NCBI GenBank assembly: GCA_963845535.1
Contig: CAWJSK010000019.1
Location: 460,280-524,279, forward strand
Origin: an uncultured Spirochaetota bacterium
GTDB taxonomy: Bacteria > Spirochaetota > Spirochaetia > SZUA-6 > Fen-1364
Reading direction: 5' to 3'
Length of the DNA stretch: 64,000 bases
Shown here piece after piece: positions 21,227-30,854 of this stretch. A program made the position numbers and the translations under genes. Positions within the stretch are counted from its first letter, which is position 1, and each line of letters opens with the position of its first letter. A model generated the notes under the pieces. The model was not told the DNA's origin. It did no database searches and saw nothing but the letters and a program-made list of their open reading frames with translations.

Positions 21227-22903
21227 TCATCCGCGCGTCGTAGTGGAGCTGATTTCTGCGTCGATAAGATAAGGCCCCCCGCTTGCAAATCCGCGCTGAA
21301 GCGCTGCACCGACATCGGTCGCTTTGATCACATGCTCGCCCGGCACGCCGAGAGAACGGGCCAGTGCAACGTGATCGATGGGCGGTCGATCGAGATCCAT
21401 TCCAACAAAGGTGTCATCGCACGCGGAGAAGCCCTTGAGTGAGAGCACGCGCTGTTTCAGAATGCGATAGCATGCGTTGTTGAAGATGACAAAAACAACC
21501 GCAATTGACTCCCGCGCAGCGGTCCAGAGAGCCTGGATTGTGTACATCGCGCTGCCATCACCGAGGAGAGCCACCACCGGACGACCCGGAAGCGCCAGTT
21601 TAATCCCCATCGCCGCAGGAAGGCCCCAGCCGATACCCCCGCCCCTCATCCCGAAGAGTGCCTTCGAGTCGGCGCATGGAAAAAACCAACGGATGCCTTC
21701 TACGGAGGAGAGGACTTCCTCGACAACCGTTGCGTCTCGCGGGACGTTCGCCGCGATCGCCTGAACGAGAGTAAGAGGCGAAATCGGGGTGTGCGCAGAA
21801 TCCTTTGCCGCGCGATCGTTCAGTTCCTTCAGAACGCGCTCGTGCGCGGCGCCGGCCGCTGCCCTTCTTCGGGCCGCCTCCGCATGGCCATCCGGGGTCG
21901 TGTGTCGGCGAAATGCCTCTGTGAGCTCCGGCAGAGTTGCCTTTGGGTCCCCCTGAAGGGCGACGGCCGCGGGATAGTTCTTGCCCAGCTCCCATGGGTC
22001 CTGGTCGAGATGGACAACCGTGAGCCCCTGAGGCAAAGGGTCAATCTCATCGGGCAAAGAGAGGGTGAAGAGATCCGCGCCAACCGAAAAAAGCAGATCG
22101 TGGCGACTGAGAAGCGTCCGAATCTGGGGGGCAAGTCGGGACATGGACCCAGCATACTGCGGGTGAGTGAAAGGGAATGCACACGTCGAGGCCATGCACT
22201 CGTTGATCACCGGGCAGCCGACAAGCTCCGCGAGCTCCACAAGCTCGACGAGCGAATCACTGAGGGCAACAGCGTCTCCTGCCACAATGAGTGGGCGCTC
22301 GGCGTTGGCCAAAAGACGCGCCGCCTGATCAATGGCCGAGCGATCTGCGACTGTCCCCGAAGCGATCCTCGTGGGACATAAGAGATCGAAGTCGCGTTCG
22401 GCGTTCAGCACGTCGACTGGGAGGGAAAGGAAGACTGGTCCTCTCGGATGAGAAAGAGCCGTTTTTGTTGCGCGACGCAACAGGCGCGGAAGGTCCTCCG
22501 CCCTGCGGACTTCTGCGGACCATTTCACGAAAGGCGCCGCCATGGGAGGAAGATCGGCCCACACAACAGGCTCGGTGGCGGTGAAGGACTGGTCGTGTTG
22601 GCCCGCTGTCAGGAGAAGGGGAGCTCCTGACTTCTGAGCGTTGTAGAGCATACCGAGAGCGTTGCCGAGTCCCGGAGCGATATGTACATTCGCGACCGCG
22701 AGGTCACCGCTCGCTGTGGCGAACCCGTCCGCCATTGCCACGGCCACTGACTCGTGGAGAGCCAGCACGTAGCGGATGGCCGGCTCACGGACAAGAGCGT
22801 CCATGAGCGGCAGTTCCGTCGTGCCAGGGTTGCCGAAAATGAATCCGACCCCTTCCTGTTTGAGAATCTCGAGGAAAGCCTGCTTCCCGGTCATCTGAGC
22901 CAT
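21227..22903 (-). CDS. ThDP-dependent enzyme, benzoylformate decarboxylase-like
   Basis: FGNPGTTELP, LHESVAVAMADG, NVHIAPGLGN, GGGIGWG, GDGS..NN motif. Confidence 0.9.
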   Translation of the reverse strand: MAQMTGKQAFLEILKQEGVGFIFGNPGTTELPLMDALVREPAIRYVLALHESVAVAMADGFATASGDLAVANVHIAPGLGNALGMLYNAQKSGAPLLLTAGQHDQSFTATEPVVWADLPPMAAPFVKWSAEVRRAEDLPRLLRRATKTALSHPRGPVFLSLPVDVLNAERDFDLLCPTRIASGTVADRSAIDQAARLLANAERPLIVAGDAVALSDSLVELVELAELVGCPVINECMASTCAFPFTHPQYAGSMSRLAPQIRTLLSRHDLLFSVGADLFTLSLPDEIDPLPQGLTVVHLDQDPWELGKNYPAAVALQGDPKATLPELTEAFRRHTTPDGHAEAARRRAAAGAAHERVLKELNDRAAKDSAHTPISPLTLVQAIAANVPRDATVVEEVLSSVEGIRWFFPCADSKALFGMRGGGIGWGLPAAMGIKLALPGRPVVALLGDGSAMYTIQALWTAARESIAVVFVIFNNACYRILKQRVLSLKGFSACDDTFVGMDLDRPPIDHVALARSLGVPGEHVIKATDVGAALQRGFASGGPYLIDAEISSTTTRG

Positions 22904-23008
22904 GATCAGCTATCATATGCCCGATGCCAAGAACACGCCACTCAAACGTGAAAAACCCCGATCCGCGATGAAGGGCTCCACGATGCTGAATACGTTTATA
23001 TTATCGCC

Positions 23009-23245
23009 ATGGCCAATGGACGCATTAAAATCCGCCTGCATGCCTCCCTGCGGAAATGGGAACCGATTCCAGCCGTCAGCTGCGAGATAATGGGAGAGAA
23101 AACGGTTCGAAGTTTCCTTCTGGATGCCGGTATACCGGAACACGAGGCAGTCATTATAATCGTCAATGGCAGACGCGCCAGGCTTGAGACGAAACTATCG
23201 GATGGCGACACGCTTAGCCTGTTCCCTCTTATTGGAGGCGGCTGA
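23009..23245 (+). CDS. MoaD/ThiS-family ubiquitin-like protein
   Basis: 78 aa, IVNG, LSDGDTLSLFPLIGGG C-terminus. Confidence 0.88.
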   Translation: MANGRIKIRLHASLRKWEPIPAVSCEIMGEKTVRSFLLDAGIPEHEAVIIIVNGRRARLETKLSDGDTLSLFPLIGGG

Positions 23246-23263
23246 GACCAGCCGAGGTGGAAA

Positions 23264-24394
23264 ATGCAGGTTCCTTTTGATGCGGCCAAACTAGACCGTT
23301 TGATGGAAGATGCAGACCTGTCTCTGGTGCTTGCGAGCAGCCGTCACAATGTGAGGTATCTGACCGGCGGGTATTACTACCACTTCCACGCGAACTCGAC
23401 GCGAATGGGGAGGAGCCGATATCTCCCCTTTGTGGGAGTCCCCGCGAAACGCATACCGGACTCGTTTTACGTCGCTCGGGCGGAGGAACGTGGCCAGCTG
23501 GAATCCGAAGGGCTGTGGGTCCCTACTGTCGTGGAAGCGATTCGAGGGACCGTGACGGCCGCCAAGGGCGTCATGACAATGATACGCCGTCTCGGCTTGA
23601 CGTCGTCGCGAATGGGCGTCGAGTTTCCGTTCCTCCCCGCCGACGCGTTTATTGCGTTGCGGCAGGAGCTTCCTGAAGCTGTGTTCGTGGATGCGACGCC
23701 GATCTTTGATGAGCTCAGGGCCGTGAAGAATGAAAGGGAGGTGTCGATTCTGAGAAACGTCTACGCCGGGGTCGCTGAATCCATTCAAGCTGCATTCCGT
23801 GGCAGCCATGCAGGAGAGTCTACTCTTCAGATTGCCCAGCGCGTCGAACGAGAGATGGCCGCGAGGGCAATCTCATTCCTGTTCTCCTTCGTGTGTGCCG
23901 GTCCGGGATTCTTGAGGGCGCCGTCTTCCACGAAATGGGAAAACGGGCAGGTGCTCCACATTGACGCAGGTGGAAATCAGCAGGACTATATTGCAGATAT
24001 TTGCAGGATGGGGTGCGTCGGCGAACCGTCTGCTCTTGCCAAAGAATTGCATCAAGCCTGCATTGAAGTGATAGATCACGTGAGAAGCGTCGTTCGGCCA
24101 GGAGTGGCCTGCCGCAATGTCTTAGAAACGGGAGAGGCGGCCTCACGGCGCTACCGATTTTCCTCTTACGCACGTTTCGTCGTGCATTCAATCGGCATGG
24201 TTCCCTACGAGCAACCTGCGTTCTCTCATGAGACCACGCGGACCTTGGAGAAGGGAATGGTATTGTCGATTGAAACGGATTTTCTTCACCCCCAAGCAGG
24301 TCACGTAAAAATCGAAGATGCCGTTGTCGTCACTGAAACGGGCTGCGAAGGCCTTGGCGACCTTGGAAGAGAATGGCAGATAGTCGCTGTCTGA
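23264..24394 (+). CDS. M24 (Xaa-Pro peptidase/creatinase fold) hydrolase
   Basis: LRAVKNERE, D..D (IDAG..IADICR), HSIG, E (IET), E (KIED). Confidence 0.85.
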   Translation: MQVPFDAAKLDRLMEDADLSLVLASSRHNVRYLTGGYYYHFHANSTRMGRSRYLPFVGVPAKRIPDSFYVARAEERGQLESEGLWVPTVVEAIRGTVTAAKGVMTMIRRLGLTSSRMGVEFPFLPADAFIALRQELPEAVFVDATPIFDELRAVKNEREVSILRNVYAGVAESIQAAFRGSHAGESTLQIAQRVEREMAARAISFLFSFVCAGPGFLRAPSSTKWENGQVLHIDAGGNQQDYIADICRMGCVGEPSALAKELHQACIEVIDHVRSVVRPGVACRNVLETGEAASRRYRFSSYARFVVHSIGMVPYEQPAFSHETTRTLEKGMVLSIETDFLHPQAGHVKIEDAVVVTETGCEGLGDLGREWQIVAV

Positions 24395-24438
24395 TCGGGC
24401 TAGAATAAATCCATAAATCCGCTACGAAAAAATTCTGA

Positions 24439-24491
24439 TTGACATGACATGGGATTACGTTGTAATATCGCAAATATATCAGTGATATATT
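24439..24491 (+). promoter_or_regulatory. Promoter and palindromic operator upstream of the GntR-led operon
   Basis: TTGACA 24439-24444, -10-like TAATAT 24463; perfect inverted repeat AATATATCA-G-TGATATATT 24473-24491. Confidence 0.65.
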
Positions 24492-24556
24492 GCACGTATG
24501 TAGCGGAACCTGATGGAAGCTGCGTCATGGCAACGCGAAAGGAAGGGCGAGGAGAA

Positions 24557-25243
24557 ATGGTCAGGACGAAACGCGCCGCAAGAGAGTTGGTGACGAACAA
24601 GAAGAACAGGGTCTACGAAATCCTCAGGGACAGGATCGTCAACAATGTGCTCAAGCCCCAGGAGTTTCTGAATGAGCAAGCCCTCAGTGAGGACCTCGAG
24701 GTCAGCAAGACACCTATCCGGGAGGCTTTGCAGCAACTGGAGCACAGTCGACTGGTCGTAATCATCCCCAATAAGGGCTGCTACGTTGCCAATATCAGCA
24801 TAGACAGGATTCGGGAGATCTTCGAGATCAGGACAATTCTTGAATGCGCAGCGGCCAGGCTCGCCGCCTCACTGCCAAACCGTGAAAGCTTCCTCGCGTT
24901 CTCGGAAAGCAATAACTCCGCAGATTCCAGGGATGGCGAGGAGCTGCGTCGGAGGCTCATCTCAGGATACCAGATCCACACAAAAATCGTGGAAGCAGTC
25001 GGGAACAGCTACCTGACTGACTACTATCGGACCATCCTGGACAACATCGTCCAGATCCGCGTCTATTTCCTCAGCAGGTTCGGGCCGAAGCGACTCCATG
25101 AGACCATAGATGAGCACAAGAAGATCCTGCGGGCAATCGCGGCCGGGGATGCCAATGGCGCGGAGAATGCCATGCGGGAGCATTTGAATGCCGCGCTGAA
25201 GAACATCAACCGGCTCATGCTCGGAAGCAGGGAGGAACTATGA
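24557..25243 (+). CDS. GntR (FadR/FCD) transcriptional regulator
   Basis: VSKTPIREAL HTH, EHKKIL..MREHL FCD; RBS GAGGAG. Confidence 0.93.
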   Translation: MVRTKRAARELVTNKKNRVYEILRDRIVNNVLKPQEFLNEQALSEDLEVSKTPIREALQQLEHSRLVVIIPNKGCYVANISIDRIREIFEIRTILECAAARLAASLPNRESFLAFSESNNSADSRDGEELRRRLISGYQIHTKIVEAVGNSYLTDYYRTILDNIVQIRVYFLSRFGPKRLHETIDEHKKILRAIAAGDANGAENAMREHLNAALKNINRLMLGSREEL

Positions 25244-25920
25244 TTCACGTTTGCAAGGAGACCCGGAGGGTAGACGCTGCTCTCGTCGAGAAGTTCCGGG
25301 CCTTGGACGTGGCAACCGTTTACGAAGCTTCCGGAAGAAAGGGCTTCATTGACAACACAATCAAGCCGGCCGCACGGGGCACCCGGGTCTGCGGCCCGGC
25401 GTTTACGGTGCAATGCGCTCCTGGTGACAATCTCATGCTTCACAAGGCCCTCCAATGCGCGACCGCCGGAGATGCCCTCGTTGCCAGCGTCGGGGCACAG
25501 CCGGACTTCGGTTATTGGGGCGCGTTGATGGCAACCGCGGCAGTGGCAAAGGGACTGGCGGGATTGGCAATCGACGGGTGCATCAGGGACTCCGCAGAGA
25601 TCATCAAGATGGGGTTCCCGGTCTTCTGCCGCGGCTTCTGCATCAAGGGGACCACGAAATCCGTGCTCGGGCTCATCAACTATCCTCTGAACTTCGGGCA
25701 AATCACCATCTTCCCCGGTGACCTGATTCTTGGGGATGACGACGGGATGGTGGTCGTTCGCTTCGAAGAATGCGAGGACGTACTGCAAAAGTCCCTGAAA
25801 AGGGTCGAGCTCGAAGACACCAAGGCCAAGCAACTCAAAAAAGGCGTGTCCAGCGTAGAGCTGAACAGCCTGGATAAGGTGTTCGAGTCCCTCGGCATGA
25901 TGGAAGAGGGCCGGCAGTGA
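25240..25920 (+). CDS. RraA-family HMG/CHA aldolase (4-carboxy-4-hydroxy-2-oxoadipate aldolase-like)
   Basis: ATVYEA, GPAFTV, GDNLMLHKAL, YWGALM, DGCIRDS, PGDLILGDDDG. Confidence 0.88.
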   Translation: MIHVCKETRRVDAALVEKFRALDVATVYEASGRKGFIDNTIKPAARGTRVCGPAFTVQCAPGDNLMLHKALQCATAGDALVASVGAQPDFGYWGALMATAAVAKGLAGLAIDGCIRDSAEIIKMGFPVFCRGFCIKGTTKSVLGLINYPLNFGQITIFPGDLILGDDDGMVVVRFEECEDVLQKSLKRVELEDTKAKQLKKGVSSVELNSLDKVFESLGMMEEGRQ

Positions 25921-26987
25921 GGATTGCCCAGAGCGCCCTGCTTGCCGCGGCCAAGGAGATTCTCGTCCTGCTGGGGGAGGAAACGGAAAGCGCGCGCGTT
26001 GCCTCGGAAGCTCTCGTGACGGCTGACATGCGCGGAATCAGCACGCATGGGGTCAACCTCTTGCGCATGATGTCAGAACGGGTCTCGGCCAGGATGCTGG
26101 CCATGCCGACGCGCGTCGACGTCATCGCAGATGACGCGACAACCGCCGTTCTGGACGGAAACAACGGCCTCGGGCAGGTGGCAGCCCACCGCGGGTTGCG
26201 TCTGAGCGTGGAGAAGGCCAGGCGCAGCGGCCTTGGAATGGTTTGCTTGCGCAATACCAACAACATAGGCGCTCTGGGCTATTTCACGTCCTTGGCCGCT
26301 GATCGTGACGGCGTTGCATCAATCGTCATGACGAACGGGAACCCTTCGGTTGCGCCCTATGGCAGCGCGGAGCCCTTTTTTGGCACAAACCCGCTCTCCA
26401 TCGGCGTCCCCGCCCTTCCAGGCCGCCCGCTTGTCCTTGATATGTCATCCAGCGTCGTCGCGCGCGGCAAGATCCGGCTGGCTTCCCTGAGCGGTGAGAG
26501 CATCCCGTCGGGCTGGGCCCTTGACGATACCGGAGCGCCCACCTGTGATCCAGCGCTTGCCCTGAAGGGTTGCCTGTTGCCTCTGGGCGGCCCCAAAGGC
26601 TCGGGTCTGGCCATGATGATCGACATTTTCTCGGGAATGATCTCTGGCTCGGCCTATGGAAGGGGATTGAAAAGCTTTCACGGGCTGGACGGCGCCACGG
26701 GCGTCGGGGCCTGCTTTATCAGCATTGATATCGAAAGGTTCGTGGGTTCCGAATCCTTCGCCGCGAAAATGGCGGAGTACATCCAGGAGATCAAAGGACT
26801 CCGAAAGCAGGAGGGCGTAGCGGAGATCCTGCTGCCGGGCGAGGTCGAGTGGAAAAAGCAGGAGGAAAGCCGTCGCGCTGGAATCGAGATTCCGGATTCC
26901 GTGGCAAAAGGCCTGGACCAGGTGCTGGCCAGGCTTGGCAGCCGCCTGAGCCTCATTTCCGCGCCTGAGAAGGAACTGCGGGAATGA
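25917..26987 (+). CDS. Ldh_2 family (malate/L-lactate/sulfolactate-type) 2-hydroxyacid dehydrogenase
   Basis: ADMRGISTHG, DGNNGLG, GTNPL, LDMSSS, GGPKGSGL, LLPGE. Confidence 0.9.
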   Translation: MRIAQSALLAAAKEILVLLGEETESARVASEALVTADMRGISTHGVNLLRMMSERVSARMLAMPTRVDVIADDATTAVLDGNNGLGQVAAHRGLRLSVEKARRSGLGMVCLRNTNNIGALGYFTSLAADRDGVASIVMTNGNPSVAPYGSAEPFFGTNPLSIGVPALPGRPLVLDMSSSVVARGKIRLASLSGESIPSGWALDDTGAPTCDPALALKGCLLPLGGPKGSGLAMMIDIFSGMISGSAYGRGLKSFHGLDGATGVGACFISIDIERFVGSESFAAKMAEYIQEIKGLRKQEGVAEILLPGEVEWKKQEESRRAGIEIPDSVAKGLDQVLARLGSRLSLISAPEKELRE

Positions 26988-28717
26988 AGTCCATAATCCG
27001 CGTTGACACGCGCGCGCGGCGGATAGTCGCCACGGAAGCCTCCCGTGAAGAGCTGCACTGGGGAGGTCGGTCTCTGATTGCACACTTCCTTCTTCGGGAG
27101 GTGCCGCCGGCGTGCGAGCCCACCGGAAGGAGAAACAAGCTCATTTTTGCCTCAGGGCTCCTTGCGGACACCGGCGTTACCACCGCCGGACAGCTGTCAA
27201 TCGGCGGGAAGAGCCCGCTCACCGGCGGCGTGAAGGAGAGCAACGTCGGCGGCTACGCCGGGAGAAGGCTTGCCCGACTGGGCATACGAGCGCTGATCCT
27301 GGAGGACACGCCGCTGAGTCCGACGACGGATGTCCTGGTCATTACAGCCAAGGGAGCGCGCCTGGAGCCGGCCCCGGACCTGGCAGGCAAGCTGGTGGAT
27401 GAGACAGTCGCCGCTCTGCGCGCGAAATACGGAAGCAGCGTTGGCATTTTCTGCACTGGTCCCGCTGGTGAGATGGTCATGTATGGGGCCGGGATCGCGT
27501 GTCCTGACAACAATGACGTCCAGATCCGATATGCCGCGCGGGGCGGGCTGGGCGCGCTCATGGGGTCCAAGGGAATCAAGGCCATCGTCCTTGACGACTC
27601 GGAAACCACCTATGCAGCCGAGCCCTTCGACAAGGACCTTCTGCAGCAGACCGGAAAGTGGATGTCGGAAGCTTTGCTCCAGGATCCCAAGACGGAAAAC
27701 CGGCACCTGTACGGAACGCCCGCCATCCTGGCGCTGGCCAACGCCTCAGGTCTGCTGCCCACGCGCAACTTCTCAAGCGGAGAGTTCGAGCGGGCGGACG
27801 CGATTGCCGGTGAACGGGTGCGGGACGAGATCCTGGCGCGCGGCGGAGAAGGGCAGGCCGGCACGCCCTGCGTTGCCGGCTGCGTGATCCGCTGCAGCAA
27901 CGTGTTTCCCGACAAGAGCGGAAAGAAAATCGTTGCCTCTATCCAGTATGAGAACATCTCCCTTCTGGGTTCCAACTGTGGAATCGGAAGCCTGGACGAC
28001 ATTGCGGAGATGAACCGTCTCTGCAACCAGGTCGGGGTGGACGCCATCGAAACCGGCGCCGCAATCGGCGTGGCCATGGAAGCGGGTGTCATCGAATTCG
28101 GAGACGCGGAAGGCGCAAAAGATCTGATCCGCCAGATCGGCCGGGGTACGTACCTGGGCCGCATCCTGGGGCATGGGGCCCAGTTGACGGGAAGGGTTCT
28201 GGGCGTGCGCAGGATTCCCGTCATCAAAGGCCAGGCCATTCCCGGGTACGACCCCCGGGCGCTCAAGGGGAATGGCGTCACCTATGTCACGTCACCCATG
28301 GGAGCGGACCACACTGCCGGGAACGCGTTCGAGACCTTGAAGACCCTGGACCCTTTGAAGCCGGAGGGGCAGATCGCGGCCTCCCGGAAGCTGCAGATAC
28401 GGGCCGCCCTCCTGGACACCCTTGGGCTCTGCCTGTTCGTGAGACCGCCCTTCCTGAAAAAGCCCGAGATGTTTGCCGCGCTGCTGAAGGGAAGATACGG
28501 GTGGGAAATGACGGTGCGCGACGTCGTGGGGTTGGCCTATGACGTGATCACGACGGAGCGGGAGTTTAACAGGCGGGCGGGGGCTTCCGACGAGTTCCAC
28601 CCCATCCCCGAGTTCATGCAGGACGAGCCCCTGCCGCCTACGAATTCCGTCTTCGACGTGCCGGACGCCGAAATGCGGGCCATGTGGGACGGCTACGAAC
28701 CCGCTGACCAGCTTTGA
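26984..28717 (+). CDS. Aldehyde:ferredoxin oxidoreductase family (tungsten-pterin AOR)
   Basis: KSPLTGGVKESN, GPAGE, ARGGLGALMGSKGIKAI, CVAGCVIRC, YDPR, GADH, GLC. Confidence 0.93.
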   Translation: MKSIIRVDTRARRIVATEASREELHWGGRSLIAHFLLREVPPACEPTGRRNKLIFASGLLADTGVTTAGQLSIGGKSPLTGGVKESNVGGYAGRRLARLGIRALILEDTPLSPTTDVLVITAKGARLEPAPDLAGKLVDETVAALRAKYGSSVGIFCTGPAGEMVMYGAGIACPDNNDVQIRYAARGGLGALMGSKGIKAIVLDDSETTYAAEPFDKDLLQQTGKWMSEALLQDPKTENRHLYGTPAILALANASGLLPTRNFSSGEFERADAIAGERVRDEILARGGEGQAGTPCVAGCVIRCSNVFPDKSGKKIVASIQYENISLLGSNCGIGSLDDIAEMNRLCNQVGVDAIETGAAIGVAMEAGVIEFGDAEGAKDLIRQIGRGTYLGRILGHGAQLTGRVLGVRRIPVIKGQAIPGYDPRALKGNGVTYVTSPMGADHTAGNAFETLKTLDPLKPEGQIAASRKLQIRAALLDTLGLCLFVRPPFLKKPEMFAALLKGRYGWEMTVRDVVGLAYDVITTEREFNRRAGASDEFHPIPEFMQDEPLPPTNSVFDVPDAEMRAMWDGYEPADQL

Positions 28718-28735
28718 AAGGGAGGAGCGAACGGC

Positions 28736-29482
28736 ATGGAAATTGAGAGCAGCATAGTCGTTGTGACCGGTGCCGGAAACGGAATTGGGGCCGCCATCGC
28801 TGAAAGGTTGTTCGCGGAAGGGGCCCTGGTTTCCCTCTGGGACCTCGATCTCGAATCCGTACAAAAGCTTGCCCGGGCGCTGGATCCGAAGGGCAAGAAA
28901 GCCGCGGCTTTCAAGGTCAACGTCACCGTCGAAGAGGAGGTCACCGCGGCGGTGCGGCAGACCCTGGACAGGTTTAGCCGCATTGATGTTCTCGTCAACA
29001 ACGCAGGCATCTCCCGCCACAAGCCAATCGAGGAGATGAGCGTGGAGCTCTTCGAGCAGGTGCTGTCCGTGAACCTCACGGGGCCGTTCATCTGCTGCAA
29101 GGCCGTGGCGCCTGTCATGAAGAAGCAGAACCACGGGAAGATCGTCAATATCGCATCGCTGGGGGGGAGAACGGGAAGGCCAGGCGTGGGCGTAAATTAC
29201 GCCGCCTCGAAGGCAGGCCTGATTGGCATGACAAAATGTCTGGCCAGGGAACTGGGGATGAGCAACATCTGCGTGAACGCCATCTGCCCCGGTCCCATCC
29301 TCACGGAACAGACCAAACAGTATTCGAAGGAAGTGTTCGCTTCCTGGAACGTCGGACGCGCCGTGCCAAAGGACGGCCTGCCGGCGGACGTCGCGGACGC
29401 AGTGATCTTTCTTTCGTCAAAGAGGGCGGATTGGGTAACAGGGGTTGCTCTCGATGTCAACGGGGGGATCTACATCAACTAG
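28736..29482 (+). CDS. Short-chain dehydrogenase/reductase
   Basis: TGAGNGIG, NNAG, S, YAASK, VNAICPG. Confidence 0.93.
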   Translation: MEIESSIVVVTGAGNGIGAAIAERLFAEGALVSLWDLDLESVQKLARALDPKGKKAAAFKVNVTVEEEVTAAVRQTLDRFSRIDVLVNNAGISRHKPIEEMSVELFEQVLSVNLTGPFICCKAVAPVMKKQNHGKIVNIASLGGRTGRPGVGVNYAASKAGLIGMTKCLARELGMSNICVNAICPGPILTEQTKQYSKEVFASWNVGRAVPKDGLPADVADAVIFLSSKRADWVTGVALDVNGGIYIN

Positions 29483-29499
29483 AGAGAGGAGATCTCAGC

Positions 29500-29865
29500 A
29501 TGTCAGGATTGAAGGTCGTGGACATGAACAAGGTGGAGCCGGAAAGAAAGACGCCTCCGCGGGCATCCTGGCTTCTCATTTCGGAAAAGACGGTTGGCTC
29601 GAAGAACCTCGCCCTGGGCGTCAATGAGACGGAGCCCGGCTCCATGGTCCCGGAGCATCTCCATGAAAGCGAAGAGGAGGTAATGCTCTTCCTCGAAGGA
29701 GAGGGAAAGTTCATCACGAAAGACCAGGAGATCGATCTGAAGCCGGGGATCTGCGTGTACAACCCTCCGGGGTCCACCCACAAGATCGTCAACACGGGAA
29801 CGACGAAGCTCAAGTTTGTGTGGGTGTACGCGCCGCAATTGAAGAGCCACCTCATTTCACACTAG
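29500..29865 (+). CDS. Cupin domain protein with intact metal site
   Basis: PEHLHESEEE...PPGSTH; RBS GAGGAG. Confidence 0.88.
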   Translation: MSGLKVVDMNKVEPERKTPPRASWLLISEKTVGSKNLALGVNETEPGSMVPEHLHESEEEVMLFLEGEGKFITKDQEIDLKPGICVYNPPGSTHKIVNTGTTKLKFVWVYAPQLKSHLISH

Positions 29866-29879
29866 AAAGGAGACCAGCC

Positions 29880-30845
29880 ATGCCGAATTGGAGCCTGCCG
29901 CCCAGAGAAGGGCACATGGAAAAGCCAACCAAGATTTACTTCCAGACAATGACCAAGTATGACGTCGAAGAGCGGTTGAGGAAGAACGATATCATCCTGC
30001 TGCCCATCGGATCCACGGAGAACCACGGACAGGCGGGTCCGTATGGAGAGGACACGTTCATTGTCACAAGGATCGCGGAGATGGTGGCCCAGGCAACGGG
30101 CTGCACCGTGGCCGAGCCCATGTGGTATGGATCGCACCCCTTTCATCATATCGGTCAACCGGGGACAGTCCCGCTTCCCGACAACGTCTTCGCTGACCAT
30201 ATCAGGTCCATGATTTCCGGGTTCTGGAACACCGGATTTCGGAAGCAGATTTTCCTGAGCATGCACGGCCAGGAGTATGCCCTTCCTACCGCCATCCAGG
30301 AGTGGGGCAAGAAATACCAGGTCCCCGCCATCATCATCTTCCTTGATCTGCCCCGAATCATGGGCACGGACTTGAAGGACAAGGCGCACGGCGGACCTTT
30401 TGAAACCCCCTTCCAGCACGCGGACGAGGCTGAGACGTCCATCTCAATGGCGCTGTTCCCGGAGATGTGCCAGCTCGAGCACGCGGAAGATACCAAGCTC
30501 GGCGGCTTCCTCCCGCCCGGGCACGTGGACAGGGGCGGAGACATCTACGGCAATCCCATACCCGGACACTGCATTGTTGGAGGAACCGGCATCGAGTGCG
30601 TCACATTCCCCGAGGGGGTCCTCGGAAAGGCCACCCTCGCGGAACCCACCAAGGCCTACAAAGCCATCGAGAACGTCCTGAACTACATGGTGAAGCTCCA
30701 TGACGACATCATGACCAGGTTCCCCGTGGGCCAACTGCCGGAGATCAAGCTCATGACGCAGAGAAGCGAAGAGGAGGTCGAGTCGATCCTGCGAGGCCCC
30801 ACGAAAGGCGGCCGGCATCTCTACACGATTGCGTGGCCGAGCTAG
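29880..30845 (+). CDS. iolN: IolN-like ring hydrolase (3-dehydro-scyllo-inosose hydrolase family, creatininase fold)
   Basis: IYFQTMT, PIGSTENHG..GEDT, GFWNTGFRKQI, HGQE, GGPFETPFQHADEAETS, PEGVLGKAT; closely resembles Thermotoga IolN as I recall it. Confidence 0.85.
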   Translation: MPNWSLPPREGHMEKPTKIYFQTMTKYDVEERLRKNDIILLPIGSTENHGQAGPYGEDTFIVTRIAEMVAQATGCTVAEPMWYGSHPFHHIGQPGTVPLPDNVFADHIRSMISGFWNTGFRKQIFLSMHGQEYALPTAIQEWGKKYQVPAIIIFLDLPRIMGTDLKDKAHGGPFETPFQHADEAETSISMALFPEMCQLEHAEDTKLGGFLPPGHVDRGGDIYGNPIPGHCIVGGTGIECVTFPEGVLGKATLAEPTKAYKAIENVLNYMVKLHDDIMTRFPVGQLPEIKLMTQRSEEEVESILRGPTKGGRHLYTIAWPS

Positions 30846-30854
30846 GACGCACCG

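Noticed and set aside
22913..23143. 76-aa minus-strand ORF
   Set aside because: Antisense to the well-supported MoaD gene; no motif
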